The notes: generated by a model from the sequence alone, not told the origin. A stretch of DNA of 64,000 nt from Eledone cirrhosa (GCA_964016885.1 OZ024742.1:41850001-41914000); one strand, 5' to 3'; shown: positions 15,001 through 27,573, counted from the first letter of the stretch. Made by a program: numbers and translations.

Positions 15001-18000
15001 GGTTGGGTGCTTTCTGTCGTGACATGATGACCACTTTACAGTGTGGATTGGATGCTTTCTGTCGTAACAACAACATGACCACTTTACTGTGTGGGCTGGG
15101 TGCTTTCTGTCGTGACGACAACATGACCACTTTACAGTGTGGGTTGGATGCTTTCTGTCGTAACAACAACATGACCACTTTACAGTGTGGGTTGGGTGCT
15201 TTCTGTTGTGAATACACGACCACTTTACAGTGTGGGTTGGGATGCTTTCTGTCGCGACAACATGATGACCACTTTACAGTGTGGGTTGGATGCTTTCTGT
15301 CGTAACAACATGACCACTTTACAGTGTGGGTTGGGTGCTTTTTGTCGTGCCAACAACATGACTACTTTACAGTGTGGGTTGGATGCTTTCTGTCGTGACA
15401 ACAACATGACCACTTTACAGTGTGGGTTGGGTGCTTTCTGTCGCGACAACATCATGACCACTTTACAGTGTGGTTTGGGTGCTTTCTGTCGTAACAACAT
15501 CACGACCACTTTACAGTGTGGGTTGGGTGCTTTCTGTGGTAACAACAACATGATAACTTTACAGTGTGGGTTGGGTGCTTTCTGTCGTGACAACAGCATG
15601 ACCACTTTACAGTGTGGGTTGGGTGCTTTCTGTCGTGACAACAACGTGACCACTTTACAGTGTGGGTTGTGTGCTTTCTGTCGTGACAACAACATGACCA
15701 CTTTACAGTGTGGGTTGGGTGCTTTCTGTCATGACATGATGACCACTTTACAGTGTGGGTTGGATGCTTTCTGTCGTAACAACAACATGACCACTTTACT
15801 GTGTGGGTTGGGTGCTTTCTGTCGTGACAACAACATGACCACTTTACAGTGTGGGTTGGGTGCGTTCTGTCGTGACATGATGACCACTTTACAGTGTGGG
15901 TTGGATGCTTTCTGTCGTAACAACAACATGACCTCTTTACAGTGTGGGTTGGGTGCTTTCTGTCGTGACAACAACATGACCACTTTACAGTGTGGGTTGG
16001 GTGCTTTCTGTTGTGAATACATGACCACTTTACAGTGTGGGTTGGGATACTTTCTGTCGCGACAACATGATGACCACTTTACAGTGTGGGTTGGATGCTT
16101 TCTGTCGTAACAACATGACCACTTTACAGTGTGGGTTGGGTGCTTTCTGTCGTGACAACAACATGACTACTTTACAGTGTGGGTTGGATGCTTTCTGTCG
16201 TGACAACAACATGACCACTTTACAGTGTGGGTTGGGTGCTTTCTGTCGTAACAACATCATGACCACTTTACAGTGTGGGTTGGGTGCTTTCGGTCGCGAC
16301 AACAACTTGACCACTTTACAATGTGGGTTGGGTGCTTTCTGTCTTGACAACAACATGACCACTTTACCGTGTGGGTTGGGTTCTTTCTGTCGTCACAACA
16401 ACATTATCACTTTACAGTGTGGGCTGTATGCTTTCTGTCGTGACAACACCATGATCACTTTACAGTGTGGGTTGGGTGCTTTCTGTCGTGACAACAACAT
16501 GACCACTTTACAGTGTGGGTTGGGTGCTTTCTGTCGTGACAACAACATGATCACTTTACAGTGTGGGTCGGATGCTTTCTGTCGCGACAACATCATGATC
16601 ACTTTACAGTGTGGGTTGGATGCTTTCTTTCTTGACAACAACATGACCATTTTACAGTGTGGGTTGGGTGCTTTCTGTCGTAACAACAACATGACCACTT
16701 TACAGTGTGGGTTGGGTGCTTTCTGTCGTGACAACAACATGACCACTTTACAGTGTGGGTTGGTTGCTTTCTGTCGTGACATGATGACCACTTTACAGTG
16801 TGGGTTGGATGGTTTCTGTCGTAACAACAACATGACCACTTTACAGTGTGGGTTGGGTGCTTTCTGTCGTGACAACAACATGACCACTTTACAGTGTGGG
16901 TTGGGTGCTTTCTGTCGTGACAACAACATGACCACTTTACAGTGTGGGTTGGGTGCTTTCTGTCGTGAATACATGACCACTTTACAGTATGGGTTGGGAT
17001 GCTTTCTGTCGCGACAACATCATGATCACTTTACAGTGTGGGTTGGATGCTTTCTCTCTTGACAACAACATGACCACTTTACAGTGTGGGTTGGGTGCTT
17101 TCTGTCGTAACAACAACGTGACGACTTTACAGTGTGGGTTGGGTGCTTTCTGTCGTGACAACAACATGACCACTTTACAGTGTGGGTTGGGTGCTTTCTG
17201 TCGTGACATGATGACCACTTTACAGTGTGGATTGGATGCTTTCTGTCGTAACAACAACATGACCACTTTACTGTGTGGGCTGGGTGCTTTCTGTCGTGAC
17301 GACAACATGATCACTTTACAGTGTGGGTTGGGTGCTTTCTGTTGTGAATACACGACCACTTTACAGTGTGGGTTGGGATGCTTTCTGTCGCGACAACATG
17401 ATGACCACTTTACAGTGTGGGTTGGATGCTTTCTGTCGTAACAACATGACCACTTTACAGTGTGGGTTGGGTGCTTTTTGTCGTGCCAACAACATGACTA
17501 CTTTACAGTGTGGGTTGGATGCTTTCTGTCGTGACAACAACATGACCACTTTACAGTGTGGGTTGGGTGCTTTCTGTCGCGACAACATCATGACCACTTT
17601 ACAGTGTGGTTTGGGTGCTTTCTGTCGTAACAACATCATGACCACTTTACAGTGTGGGTTGGGTGCTTTCTGTGGTAACAACAACATGATAACTTTACAG
17701 TGTGGGTTGGGTGCTTTCTGTCGTGACAACAACGTGACCACTTTACAGTGTGGGTTGTATGCTTTCTGTCGTGACAACAACATGACCACTTTACAGTGTG
17801 GGTTGGGTGCTTTCTGTCATGACATGATGACCACTTTACAGTGTGGGTTGGATGCTTTCTGTCGTAACAACAACATGACCACTTTACTGTGTGGGTTGGG
17901 TGCTTTCTGTCGTGACAACAACATGACCACTTTACAGTGTGGGTTAGGTGCGTTCTGTCGTGACATGATGACCACTTTACAGTGTGGGTTGGATGCTTTC

Positions 18001-20257
18001 TGTCGTAACAACAACATGACCTCTTTACAGTGTGGGTTGGGTGCTTTCTGTCGTGACAACAACATGACCACTTTACAGTGTGGGTTGGGTGCTTTCTGTT
18101 GTGAATACATGACCACTTTACAGTGTGGTTTGGGATACTTTCTGTCGCGACAACATGATGACCACTTTACAGTGTGGGTTGAATGCTTTCTGTCGTAACA
18201 ACATGACCACTTTACAGTGTGGGTTGGGTGCTTTCTGTCGTGACAACAACATGACTACTTTACAGTGTGGGTTGGATGCTTTCTGTCGTGACAACAACAT
18301 GACCACTTTACAGTGTGGGTTGGGTGCTTTCTGTCGCGACAACATCATGACCACTTTACAGTGTGTGTTGGATGCTTTCTGTCGTGACAACATGACCACC
18401 TTACAGTGTGGGTTGGATGCTTTCTGTCGTGACAACAACATGACCACTTTACAGTGTGGGTTGGAGGCTTTCTGTCGTGACAACATGATGACCACTTTAC
18501 AGTGTGGGTTGGGTGCTTTCTATCGCGACAACATGACCACTTTACAGTGTGGGTTGGATGATTTCTGTCATGACAACATCATGACCACTTTACAGTGTGG
18601 GTTGGGTACTTTCTGTCGCGACAACAACATGACCACTTTACAGTGTGGGTTGGGTGTTTTCTGTCGTAACAACAACATGACCACTTTACAGTGTGGGTTG
18701 GGTGCTTTCTGTCGTAACAACATCATGACCACTTTACAGTGTGGGTTGGGTGCTTTCTGTCGCGACAACAACATGACCACTTTACAGTGTGGGTTGGGTG
18801 CTTTCTGTCTTGACAACAACATGACCACTTTACAGTGTGGGTTGGGTGCTTTCTGTCACCACAACAACATGATCACTTTACAGTGTGGGTTGGATGCTTT
18901 CTGTCGCGACAACAACATGACCACTTTACAGTGTGGGTTGGGTGCTTTCTGTCTTGACAACAACATGACCACATTACAGTGTGGGTTGGGTGCTTTCTGT
19001 CGTGACAACAACATGACCACTTTACAGTGTGGCTTGGGTGCTTTCTGTCGTGACAACATGACCACTTTACAGTGTGGGTTCGGTGCTTTCTGTCTTGACA
19101 ACAACATGACCACTTTACAGTGTGGGCTGGGTGCTTTCTGTCGTCACAACAACATTATCACTTTACAGTGTGGGTTGGGTGCTTTCTGTCGTAACAACAA
19201 CATGACCACTTTACAGTGTGGGTTGGGTGCTTTCTGTCGTGACAACAACATGATCACTTTACAGTGTGGGTTGGGTGCTTTCTGTCGTGACAACAACATG
19301 ACCACTTTACAGTGTGGGTTGGGTGCTTTCTGTCGTGACAACAACATGATCACTTTACAGTGTGGGTTGGATGCTTTCTGTCGCGACAACATCTTGATCA
19401 CTTTACAGTGTGGGTTGGATGCTTTCTGTCTTGACAACAACATGACCATTTTACAGTGTAGGTTGGGTGCTTTCTGTCGTAACAACAACATGACCACTTT
19501 ACAGTGTGGGTTGGGTGCTTTCTGTCGTGACAACAACATGACCACTTTACGGTGTGGGTTGGGTGCTTTCTCTCGTGACATGATGACCACTTTACAGTGT
19601 GGGTTGGATGGTTTCTGTTGTAACAACAACATGACCACTTTACAGTGTGGGTTGGGTGCTTTCTGTCGTGACAACAACATGACCACTTTACAGTGTGGGT
19701 TGGATGCTTTCTGTCGTGACAACAACATGACCACTTTACAGTGTGGGTTGGGTGCTTTCTGTCGTGACATGATGACCACTTTACAGTGTGGGTTGGGTGC
19801 TTTCTGTCGTAACAACAACATGACCATTTTACAGTGTGGGTTGGATGCTTTCTGTCGTAACAACAACATGACCTCTTTATAGTGTGGGTTGGGTGCTTTC
19901 TGTCGTGACAACATGACCACTTTACAGTGTGGGTTGGATGCTTTCTGTCGTAACAACAACATGACCACTTTACAGTGTGGGTTGGGTGCTTTCTGTCGTG
20001 ACAACATCATGACCACTTTAAAGTGTGGGTTGGGTGCTTTCTGTCGTGACAACATGACCACTTTACAGTGTGGGTTGGATGCTTTCTGTCGTAACAACAA
20101 CATGACCTCTTTATAGTGTGGGTTGGGTGCTTTCTGTCGTGACAACATGACCACTTTACAGTGTGGGTTGGATGCTTTCTGTTGTAACAACATCATGACC
20201 ACTTTACAGTGTGGGTTGGGTGCTTTCTGTCGTGACAACATCATGACCACTTTACAG
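1..20257. repeat. 48-bp satellite DNA array with higher-order repeats, truncated by the window start
   Basis: Uninterrupted tandem copies of consensus ATGACCACTTTACAGTGTGGGTTGGGTGCTTTCTGTCGTGACAACAAC with 45-, 47- and 49-bp length variants. Identical variant series recur at a 7514-bp offset (ORFs 2729/10243, 3386/10900, 4197/11711, 4579/12093). Confidence 0.98.
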
Positions 20258-20274
20258 AAGTGGTTATTCTCTTA

Positions 20275-20601
20275 ACACACACATATACACACAAACATTT
20301 GTATGTGTGTGTGTGTGTGTGCGTGCGTGCTTGTGTTTTTGTTCATTTATCCCACGTATTTCATTTTTTTTCTGTGTGCAATACACACACACATATGTGT
20401 GTATGTATGTGTGTGTATATACATGTATACAGCCTCTCTCTGTATATACATAACACAAAAATGTACCAGTTGAGGTATATATATATATATAGGTATCTGT
20501 GTGTAATTATCTATAAATAGTAGTGGTAACTGTAGAAAGCAAAAGAAGAGAGAGAGGGTCGGGAGGGATGAGTGAGAGAGAGCAAGAGAGAGAGAGAGAG
20601 C

Positions 20602-20673
<72 letters not shown>
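20275..20673. repeat. Compound microsatellites (CA/TG, TA, long GA tract)
   Basis: Directly visible dinucleotide runs. The (GA)n tract spans about 20575-20673. Confidence 0.95.
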
Positions 20674-20678
<5 letters not shown>

Positions 20679-21234
20679 TTAAAGTATTTGTTGGTTGGGA
20701 AAGCTGCTGGGTCGTAATTATTAATACTCTTGAGTTGATGCAGTACAACAGGTCAAGCTGAATTTAACGAGCTGCAGGAGGAAAAAGAAAAAAAAATCAA
20801 TCAAGTTAGCCTTCTATGAATAATATTATATGATATTGTATTATATATGATCAGCTCTGTACTAATGAAGCAGTTAAAATATTTAAGAATATATAGCTTT
20901 TCAAACAGAACTAAATAGAGGCTGTTTATCTATTTATTTATTTATTTGTTTATTTATTTATTTATTCATTTATTTTATTTTATTTTTTTTTGTTCAGAGT
21001 GTTGTCTCGCTCTCTCTTACACTGGGGAAAATATACAAATAAATAAAAATAAATAAAGAAAGAAATAGATTAAAGGAATTTATTAGTAAGCATGTTCTAA
21101 CTTGAAAATTATCAACAGAAATTTATAAGATTTGAAGTATTTGAAGATTTTTTGTTTATTTTTTAAATTGAATGTATTTATAGATAATATCTACTAATAT
21201 AATAGCGTTGTGTATTTGTCCGTCACACACTAGA

Positions 21235-22426
21235 GATGACTTAGGAAGGAATGGGTGATGACGTCGACTGAGGAAGGAAGGGGTGATGACGTCGACTGAG
21301 GAATGAAGGGTGGATGACATCGACTGAGGAAGGAAGGGGTGACGACGTCGGCTGAAGAAGGAAGGAGTGATGACGTCGACTGAGGAAGGAAGGGTGGATA
21401 ATATCGACTGACGAAGAGAGGGGTGATGACATCGACTGAAGAAGGAAGGGTGGATAACATCGACTGAGGAAGGAAGGGGTGATGACGTCGACTGAGGAAG
21501 GAAGGGTGGATAACATCGACTGAGGAAGGAAGGGTGGACAACATCGACTGAGGAAGGAAGGGGTGGATGACATCGACTGAGGAAGGAAGGGGTGGATGAC
21601 ATCGACTGAGGAAGGAAGGGGTGACGACGTCGGCTGAAGAAGGAAGGAGTGATGACGTCGACTGAAGAAGGAAGGAGTGATGACGTCGACTGAGGAAGGA
21701 AGGGTGGATAACATCGACTGAGGAAGGAAGGAGTGATGACGTCGACTGTGGAAGGAAGGGGTGGATAACATCGACTGAGGAAGGAAGGGGTGATGACGTC
21801 GACTTAGGAAGGAATGGGTGATGACGTCGACTGAGGAAGGGGTGATGACGTCGACTGAGGAAGGAAGGGGTGACGACGTCGACTGAGGAATGAAGGGTGG
21901 ATGACATCGACTGAGGAAGGAAGGGTGGATGACATCGACTAAGGAAGGAAGGGGTGACGACGTCGACTGAGGAAGGAAGGGGTGACGACGTCGGCTGAGG
22001 AAGGAAGGGGTGACGACGTCGGCTGAAGAAGGAAGGGTGGATAATATCGACTGAGGAAGAGAGGGGTGATGACATCGACTGAAGAAGGAAGGGTAGATAA
22101 CATCGACTGAGGAAGGGTGGACAACATCGACTGAGGAAGGAAGGGGTGGATAACATCGATTGAGGAAGGAAGGGGTGACGACGTCGGCTGAAAAAGGAAG
22201 GGTGGATAACATCGACTGAGGAAGGAAGGGGTGATGACGTCGACTGAGGAAGGAAGGGTGGATGACATCGACTGAGGAAGGAAGGGGTGATGACGTCGAC
22301 TGTGGAAGGAAGGGTAGATAACATCGACTGAGGAAGGAAGGGGTGATGACGTCGACTGAGGAAGGAAGGGTGGATGACATCGACTGAGGAAGGAAGGGTG
22401 GATGACATCGACTGAGTAAGGAAGGG
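21235..22426. repeat. 27-28 bp purine-rich minisatellite, about 43 units
   Basis: Two interspersed unit types, GACTGAGGAAGGAAGGGGTGATGACGTC and GACTGAGGAAGGAAGGGTGGATAACATC. Confidence 0.95.
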
Positions 22427-23154
22427 ATGTGTAATACACACACATCTATGTGATGACTGAGGAAGGGAGGATGAGAAACTATAGAAGTCCGGCGTTCTAA
22501 GATTCGTCACAACTGTGTGTTTGTATCACTTGTATGAGTGAACATGAAAGAACCAACCAACCAACAAACATCTTTTTTTTATATTATGTATAGATATTAC
22601 AATTAGCCATCATTTTTGACGGCATGGGGCCAGCTATATTATAAATTTTAGGGTGGTGGATTGGCAGTATCTGTAGGACATCGGACAACATGCTTTGCAG
22701 CATGTAATTAAGGCCCTTTACATTTTGAGGGGTTGATAAAATAAAGCACCAGTAATACAGTGGGATTGATTTAATTGACTTTCCTCTTCCCTTCAAAATT
22801 GCTGGCCTTGTGCCTATAATAGAAACAATTGTAGATATCTCCCATCATTAACGAACCAAGAATCTGATAAGCTTTTGATTACAGAGTCGGGCCATATTAA
22901 TACAGATCGAACCTTGAGCTGATCAATAGTGAAACGCGCATCAACCAAATGAGTAACACCAAGTACTAGACTTAAATGAACCCACCTATGTATTGAGTGC
23001 TCAGGTTGGTGAACCAACAGTAACAAAAACCTATATATATATATAATATATAACATGATGGATTGTACCTGTAATTCAAAGGACCTGCCTTGTTACACAG
23101 TGCCACACTGAATCTCCCTGAGAATTACATTAAGGTTACTTACATAATAATTGT

Positions 23155-23335
23155 TTCTACTTTTGGCATAAAGCCAGCAATTATCCCAGTGCATTACTGG
23201 TACTTTATTTTATCGACACCGTAAGGATGAAAGGCAAAGTTAACCTCGGCGGGATTAGAACTCAAATCGTAAAGGGCCGTAGCTCTATGCTACAAAGCAT
23301 GGTGTCCGACTCTCTATCGATACTGTCAATCCACA
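23155..23335 (-). mobile_element. tRNA-related SINE with Nin/Deu-like domain. Related copies near 22680-22810, 24200-24340, 29880-30000, 38125-38270, 41970-42310, 57625-57770, 58350-58470 and 59325-59485.
   Basis: Minus strand reads GAGTTCTAATCCCGCCGAGGTTAACTTTGCCTTTCATCCTTACGGTGTCGATAAAATAAAATAAAGTACCAG-like: a B-box-like motif followed by the CCTTTCATCC...GTCGATAAA..GTACCAG block I recall for Nin/Deu SINEs. Many diverged copies are in the window. Confidence 0.7.
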
Positions 23336-23454
23336 TAATAATACAACATGAACTGTACATGTAATTCAAAGGGCCTGCCTTTGAGGTAATTCTCAGGGAG
23401 ATTCAGTGGGACAGTGTATGACCTTGTTATGCTGAATCTCCCTGAGGATTATGT

Positions 23455-23830
23455 CACCCTAAAAATCGACATTGTAAATCTTATAATCGTCAGTGTCAAC
23501 CTCAAATTCATCATCGTAACGACAGTTTTGAATTTTATGAGAATGAATTTAAGGTTGCCGATTATAATTTTAGTTTATGATAACATCATAAACCTCAAAA
23601 TCGCTGTCAACTTCAAAATCGTCATCATAAACCTCAAATTCGTCATCATAAAATGTCAAAAGCATTATCATAAACATAAAAATCATCAAACCTCGAAACC
23701 ATCACTGTCAGCTTCAAAACTGTCATCATAAACTTTAAAATCATTCTAAATCATAATCATAATTGTCAACATCAAATTCATCATGGTAAATGTCAAAAGC
23801 GTTGTTGTTAATTTCAAATTCATCATCATT
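23455..23830. repeat. Degenerate ~21-bp tandem repeat
   Basis: Recurrent AACCTCAAAATCGTCATCATA-like units, clearest at 23583-23740. Confidence 0.7.
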
Positions 23831-23922
23831 ATTAAGATTTTAGGTAATAAAAGGTTGTGTGACCTTAGGGATATTTAGCTAGTATTTTTAGCAGGTCGAA
23901 CAACCATATAGATGCTCCCTCT

Positions 23923-23924
<2 letters not shown>

Positions 23925-23997
<73 letters not shown>

Positions 23998-24009
23998 AGA
24001 GAGAGAGAG
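23925..24009. repeat. (GA)n microsatellite
   Basis: Directly visible. Confidence 0.97.
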
Positions 24010-24349
24010 TAAAGTACAATTCACCTCTATGGATGGCAGAAATTCTGTTTAATTGATTACTGTTTCACTAGAGTGCACTACTTTCATTTTTAGAAAGACC
24101 ACAAAATGTTTTAGACAGGATTGGTGGGATTATGACATAAATGCTTCTTTCTAGGCTCTTTAAAATAGCCAATTCTGAGAAACATAGGAATTGAGGAGAG
24201 TGGCCATAGTACTTGACTGGGACTGTATTAATTAATCACAAAGTTGATAAAAGGCGAAGTCAAGCCTGGTGGAAGAAAGCAGGGAAAATATGATAAGGCA
24301 TTCTATCGGATGCTCTAAGGGTTTTGTCAATTCACTACTTCTGCTAATC

Positions 24350-24905
24350 TGCGTGCTGAGCTGAGGATTTCATTGGCATGCAGTGCCTAGCTGAAGGTTT
24401 TGTTGGGGTGCAGTGTTGGACCCACTGTATCAGTTCATTGAATGCAGTGTTCAGTTCAAAATTTTGCTGATGTGCAGCTCAAGGTTTTGCTAGTGTAGTG
24501 CTGAGTTCCAGATTTAAAGAAAGTACTGCTGAGTTCTAGGCTTCTGGAGTATAGCTTTGTGCTGAAAGTTTCATTGGAGTACATTGAGTTTAAGGTTTTG
24601 GGTATGCTTTGCTGAACTCAAGTTCTGCAGGAGAGCAATGGTGAACATAATGATTCATTGAAGTATAATACTGAACCAAAGGCATTTTTTTATTCAGTGC
24701 TCAGCTCAATTTTCAGGATTAAAATGTTAATTTCTTTATTTCATTGGAGTGCAATGTTATTTTTTTAATTCAGTGCTCAGCTGAATTTTCAGGATTAAAG
24801 TGTTAATTCCTTTGTTTTATTGGAGTGTAATACTGAGCTTTATGCTACATTGGAATACAGTGCTGAGCTCAATATTTTGTTAGAGTGTTATGTTGAACTC
24901 AGTTT
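24350..24905. repeat. Old degenerate ~30-bp tandem repeat
   Basis: Periodic TGCTGAGCT(C/G)AAGGTTT(C/T)ATTGGAGTGCAG-like units, plus an internal ~80-bp duplication near 24690-24830. Confidence 0.7.
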
Positions 24906-26755
24906 AAGATTTTGGCTGGGAAAGAAGGGGAAACATCTAGTACTTCCGAGAGAAATTTTGTAAGGTGGAATAAGGCTGCTTTCAGACTATAGGGTAGGAA
25001 CTCCTCTCAAAATTCAAAGGGGTTGAGAGTTTTTTAATTTTTTTGAGAGATGAGATCAGATATTTATGAACTCTTCCTTGGCTCTCTGGGTTTCAGGCCA
25101 GTTTAACCTTCTCTCCGTCTTATATTCACAGCAAACAACGAAACCTATAACACAATTATTGAGTACTTGCTACTATATTCAGTAAATAAAGTCTAGTTAT
25201 GAAGTCTTTATATCTGGAATTTCAGTTTGTTTCATATTTTTTAAATGTAATTTTAATATTTTTGTTTCACTGTGTATTGTTTGTGAACCACTGGCTACTA
25301 GAAGTAGTTGTTAATTCTATCTCAAAGAGACCCTTTTATCTTAAACAAGGAATGGACATATTATATATAGTGGTCCTACATAACCTAAAAACGCTGGATG
25401 GTCACGGCTGGAATTCATTTAATGATAGGTCCAGAGATGATCTGGGATTAAACAACAATAACAACACTAGCTCTAATAACATCAGCACTATCACCATCAC
25501 CATCCCATTTTCGTCACAACCCATTTCTGATACTTACAAGTACTATAAAATCTTTACTATCTACCTCTCTACCACCACCATCACCAATCACCAGCATCAT
25601 CGAAGTGGCTATTGAAATCTCTGTCATCATCACCACCACAACAACAAGTATCTCCGCCACAGTCATCGCTGACACCACTCTCAGCTCAAACGTCAATAAT
25701 ACGCTGTCGGTGGCATACAACAAGTTTTACTACTGCCATTATCATCACCACAACAACAACAACATTAATGATGAGTACTAACACTATTACTACAACTGCA
25801 TCACCATGCTACTACCAGCGAAAATGAAAAGCATCCTTTCCCTCATCTTTTCAGATATAGTAGTAGTAGCAGGGATAGGAGAGAAAGGTGTTGAAGCAGA
25901 GATTAAAAACAATACGATAAATAATAAATAAATATATAAAATAGTCGAAATAAAGAGGACAAAACGAACAATAAAACAAATAATAAAAGAAAATGCAAAC
26001 TGATTGGTTACGATTAATATATTTTTCCCCGGGTAAGAAGCGAGATAGAAATAAAGAGTGATAGATAGAAATAAGAGAAAGAGGGAGAGAAAGTAGAGAA
26101 GAGAAACGGAGGAGGAGAGAGAGAGCAATAGAGAAAAGAAAGGGTGAGCTTGGAGAGGCAAACAATATTCGAGACTCTTGTTCGAAGCGTGCTGCACTTG
26201 GTCTTACAATACACAGCTTCCCTCTCCCTCCCTTATATGATTTAGTTATAAGAAGCTGTTTGTCGACTCTGAAAATTGCTCAATATTTGCCACACGCACT
26301 GACATACAGGCACATACACTCACTGCCGTTTAGACTAATTTCGTTAACTATAACAACAGCATAAAACAATACAGTCACACATACAAACTCACATATTAAT
26401 TTTACATATATTTATATTGAAATTAGTATATGTACACATACTAAATGATAAAGCAAGCAATAGGCAAAAAAAATATATATCAGTTTAACAAACGATTTAA
26501 TTGACCACATACATTTATATACATATTTACATATTTCCTCATTAAATAAATACACGGTATTTATTTCATTTATCAATCGATAAATCATTATTCAACAAGA
26601 ATCAATCACCAGAGTAAGTAGTTGACGTGCAAACAGACGTATCTGGATAGAATTGTTTCATTGCCCGAGTTGCCTTTTTGTTGCCGTCTGCCCAAGTGCC
26701 ACTACACACTATACCATAGAACAGTCGTTTGACATATAACAGAAGAAGCCTAACC

Positions 26756-26792
26756 ATGAAAACATTGGTCGGAATTATAGTTCTCTTAACAG
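26756..26792 (+). CDS. Candidate first coding exon of a secreted protein (signal-peptide start MKTLVGIIVLLT)
   Basis: AACCATGA start context, basic plus hydrophobic N-terminus, and a consensus phase-1 donor CAG|GTGAGT at 26792/26793. Confidence 0.5.
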
Positions 26793-26918
26793 GTGAGTAT
26801 TTTGTGCAAGGCTTTATTTTCTTCTCGTTATCAACCACTGCAAGATCACTCTCTTCTTTCAACGTTTCTAATTTTTCTCTCAATACGTTGACGAAATTAT
26901 CTCATATATATATACATA

Positions 26919-27018
26919 CAGGGTGTCCAAAAAATGTATACGCACCTCAACAGCATTCTAATAAATATTGCCTCTACAGGTAATGAAAGTGTGCATACAT
27001 TTTTGGGGGGACACCCTG
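26919..27018. mobile_element. Tc1/mariner-type MITE
   Basis: TA-CAGGGTGTCC...GGACACCCTG-TA terminal inverted repeats with TA flanks. A longer related copy lies at 45267-45487. Confidence 0.85.
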
Positions 27019-27374
27019 TATATATGCTATTTCAATCCTCTCTTCAATTAATAATTCTATTAAAGTACAAAAAGAAATATACAAAAAATAAATAATAAAA
27101 CCCCCAAAACCTACCAGGTGATTTAGCAAGCACATTTAGTATTTTCGAAGATAAGAACTAGTATGAGTAATCATAATCGATATCAGAGTCAATAGGAATA
27201 TCTATTGCTTTTCCTAAAATTCAGTTGTTGGCGTATTCCTATCAATATTATCTATTCTTTTACAACATTCATATATGGTGGATGCTCCAATATATTTATT
27301 GACTCATTCATTCGCATCTCTCTCTCTCTCCCTAATCAACCGGTACTTCTCACTAAATTATTCTCGATTCAACT

Positions 27375-27573
27375 AGGGAGTATATGCGTGGTCACTCGAC
27401 CTGCTAATAAAAGCAGTCAAATCTTCTCAAATTGCACTCTACTATCATAGAAAAGGACACGTTGGATAATGTGGTCCGAGGTTCCATACACAGGAAAACA
27501 ATGGGATGGTCAGAACTGGAATACCTTTGATCACAGGCCTGCTCGATCGACGTTGGCCTGGGGTTAAACAACA
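27375..27573 (+). mobile_element. SINE/LINE 3' end terminating in TAAACAAC. Related copies at 25365-25465, 35010-35185 and 42975-43070 (minus strand).
   Basis: Shared ...CGACCTGCTA..A.AGCAG.CAAA...GGATGGTCA..GCTGGAAT...CCTGGGGTTAAACAAC structure across copies. Confidence 0.65.

Noticed and set aside
47-20250. Long Cys-rich 16-aa repeat ORFs on both strands (MTTLQCGLGAFCRDNN / VVMLLSRQKAPNPHCK) as a repeat protein
   Set aside because: The monomer is a multiple of 3 and happens to lack stops. The 47- and 49-bp variants shift the frame repeatedly, variants are mostly non-synonymous, there are no unique N- or C-termini, and the monomer matches a non-coding LINE UTR.
1-20257. CRISPR-like array or diversity cassette
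   Set aside because: No unique spacers, no cas genes and a eukaryotic context; variation is ordinary satellite point mutation.
21156-22510. 400-426 aa Pro/Ser-rich ORFs, and the CTGAGGA (CUGANGA-like) motif in each minisatellite unit
   Set aside because: All three minus frames are open because of repeat composition. Units lack stem II and GAAA, so they are not hammerheads.
22860-22950. Possible hammerhead (CTGATAAG...GAAACGCGCATC)
   Set aside because: C3/A8 mismatch and no consistent stem I or II; at most a decayed Penelope-like end.
26225-26255. Divergent TATA-like motifs upstream of the signal-peptide exon
   Set aside because: TATAAG-like words are too frequent in this AT-rich DNA to support a promoter call.
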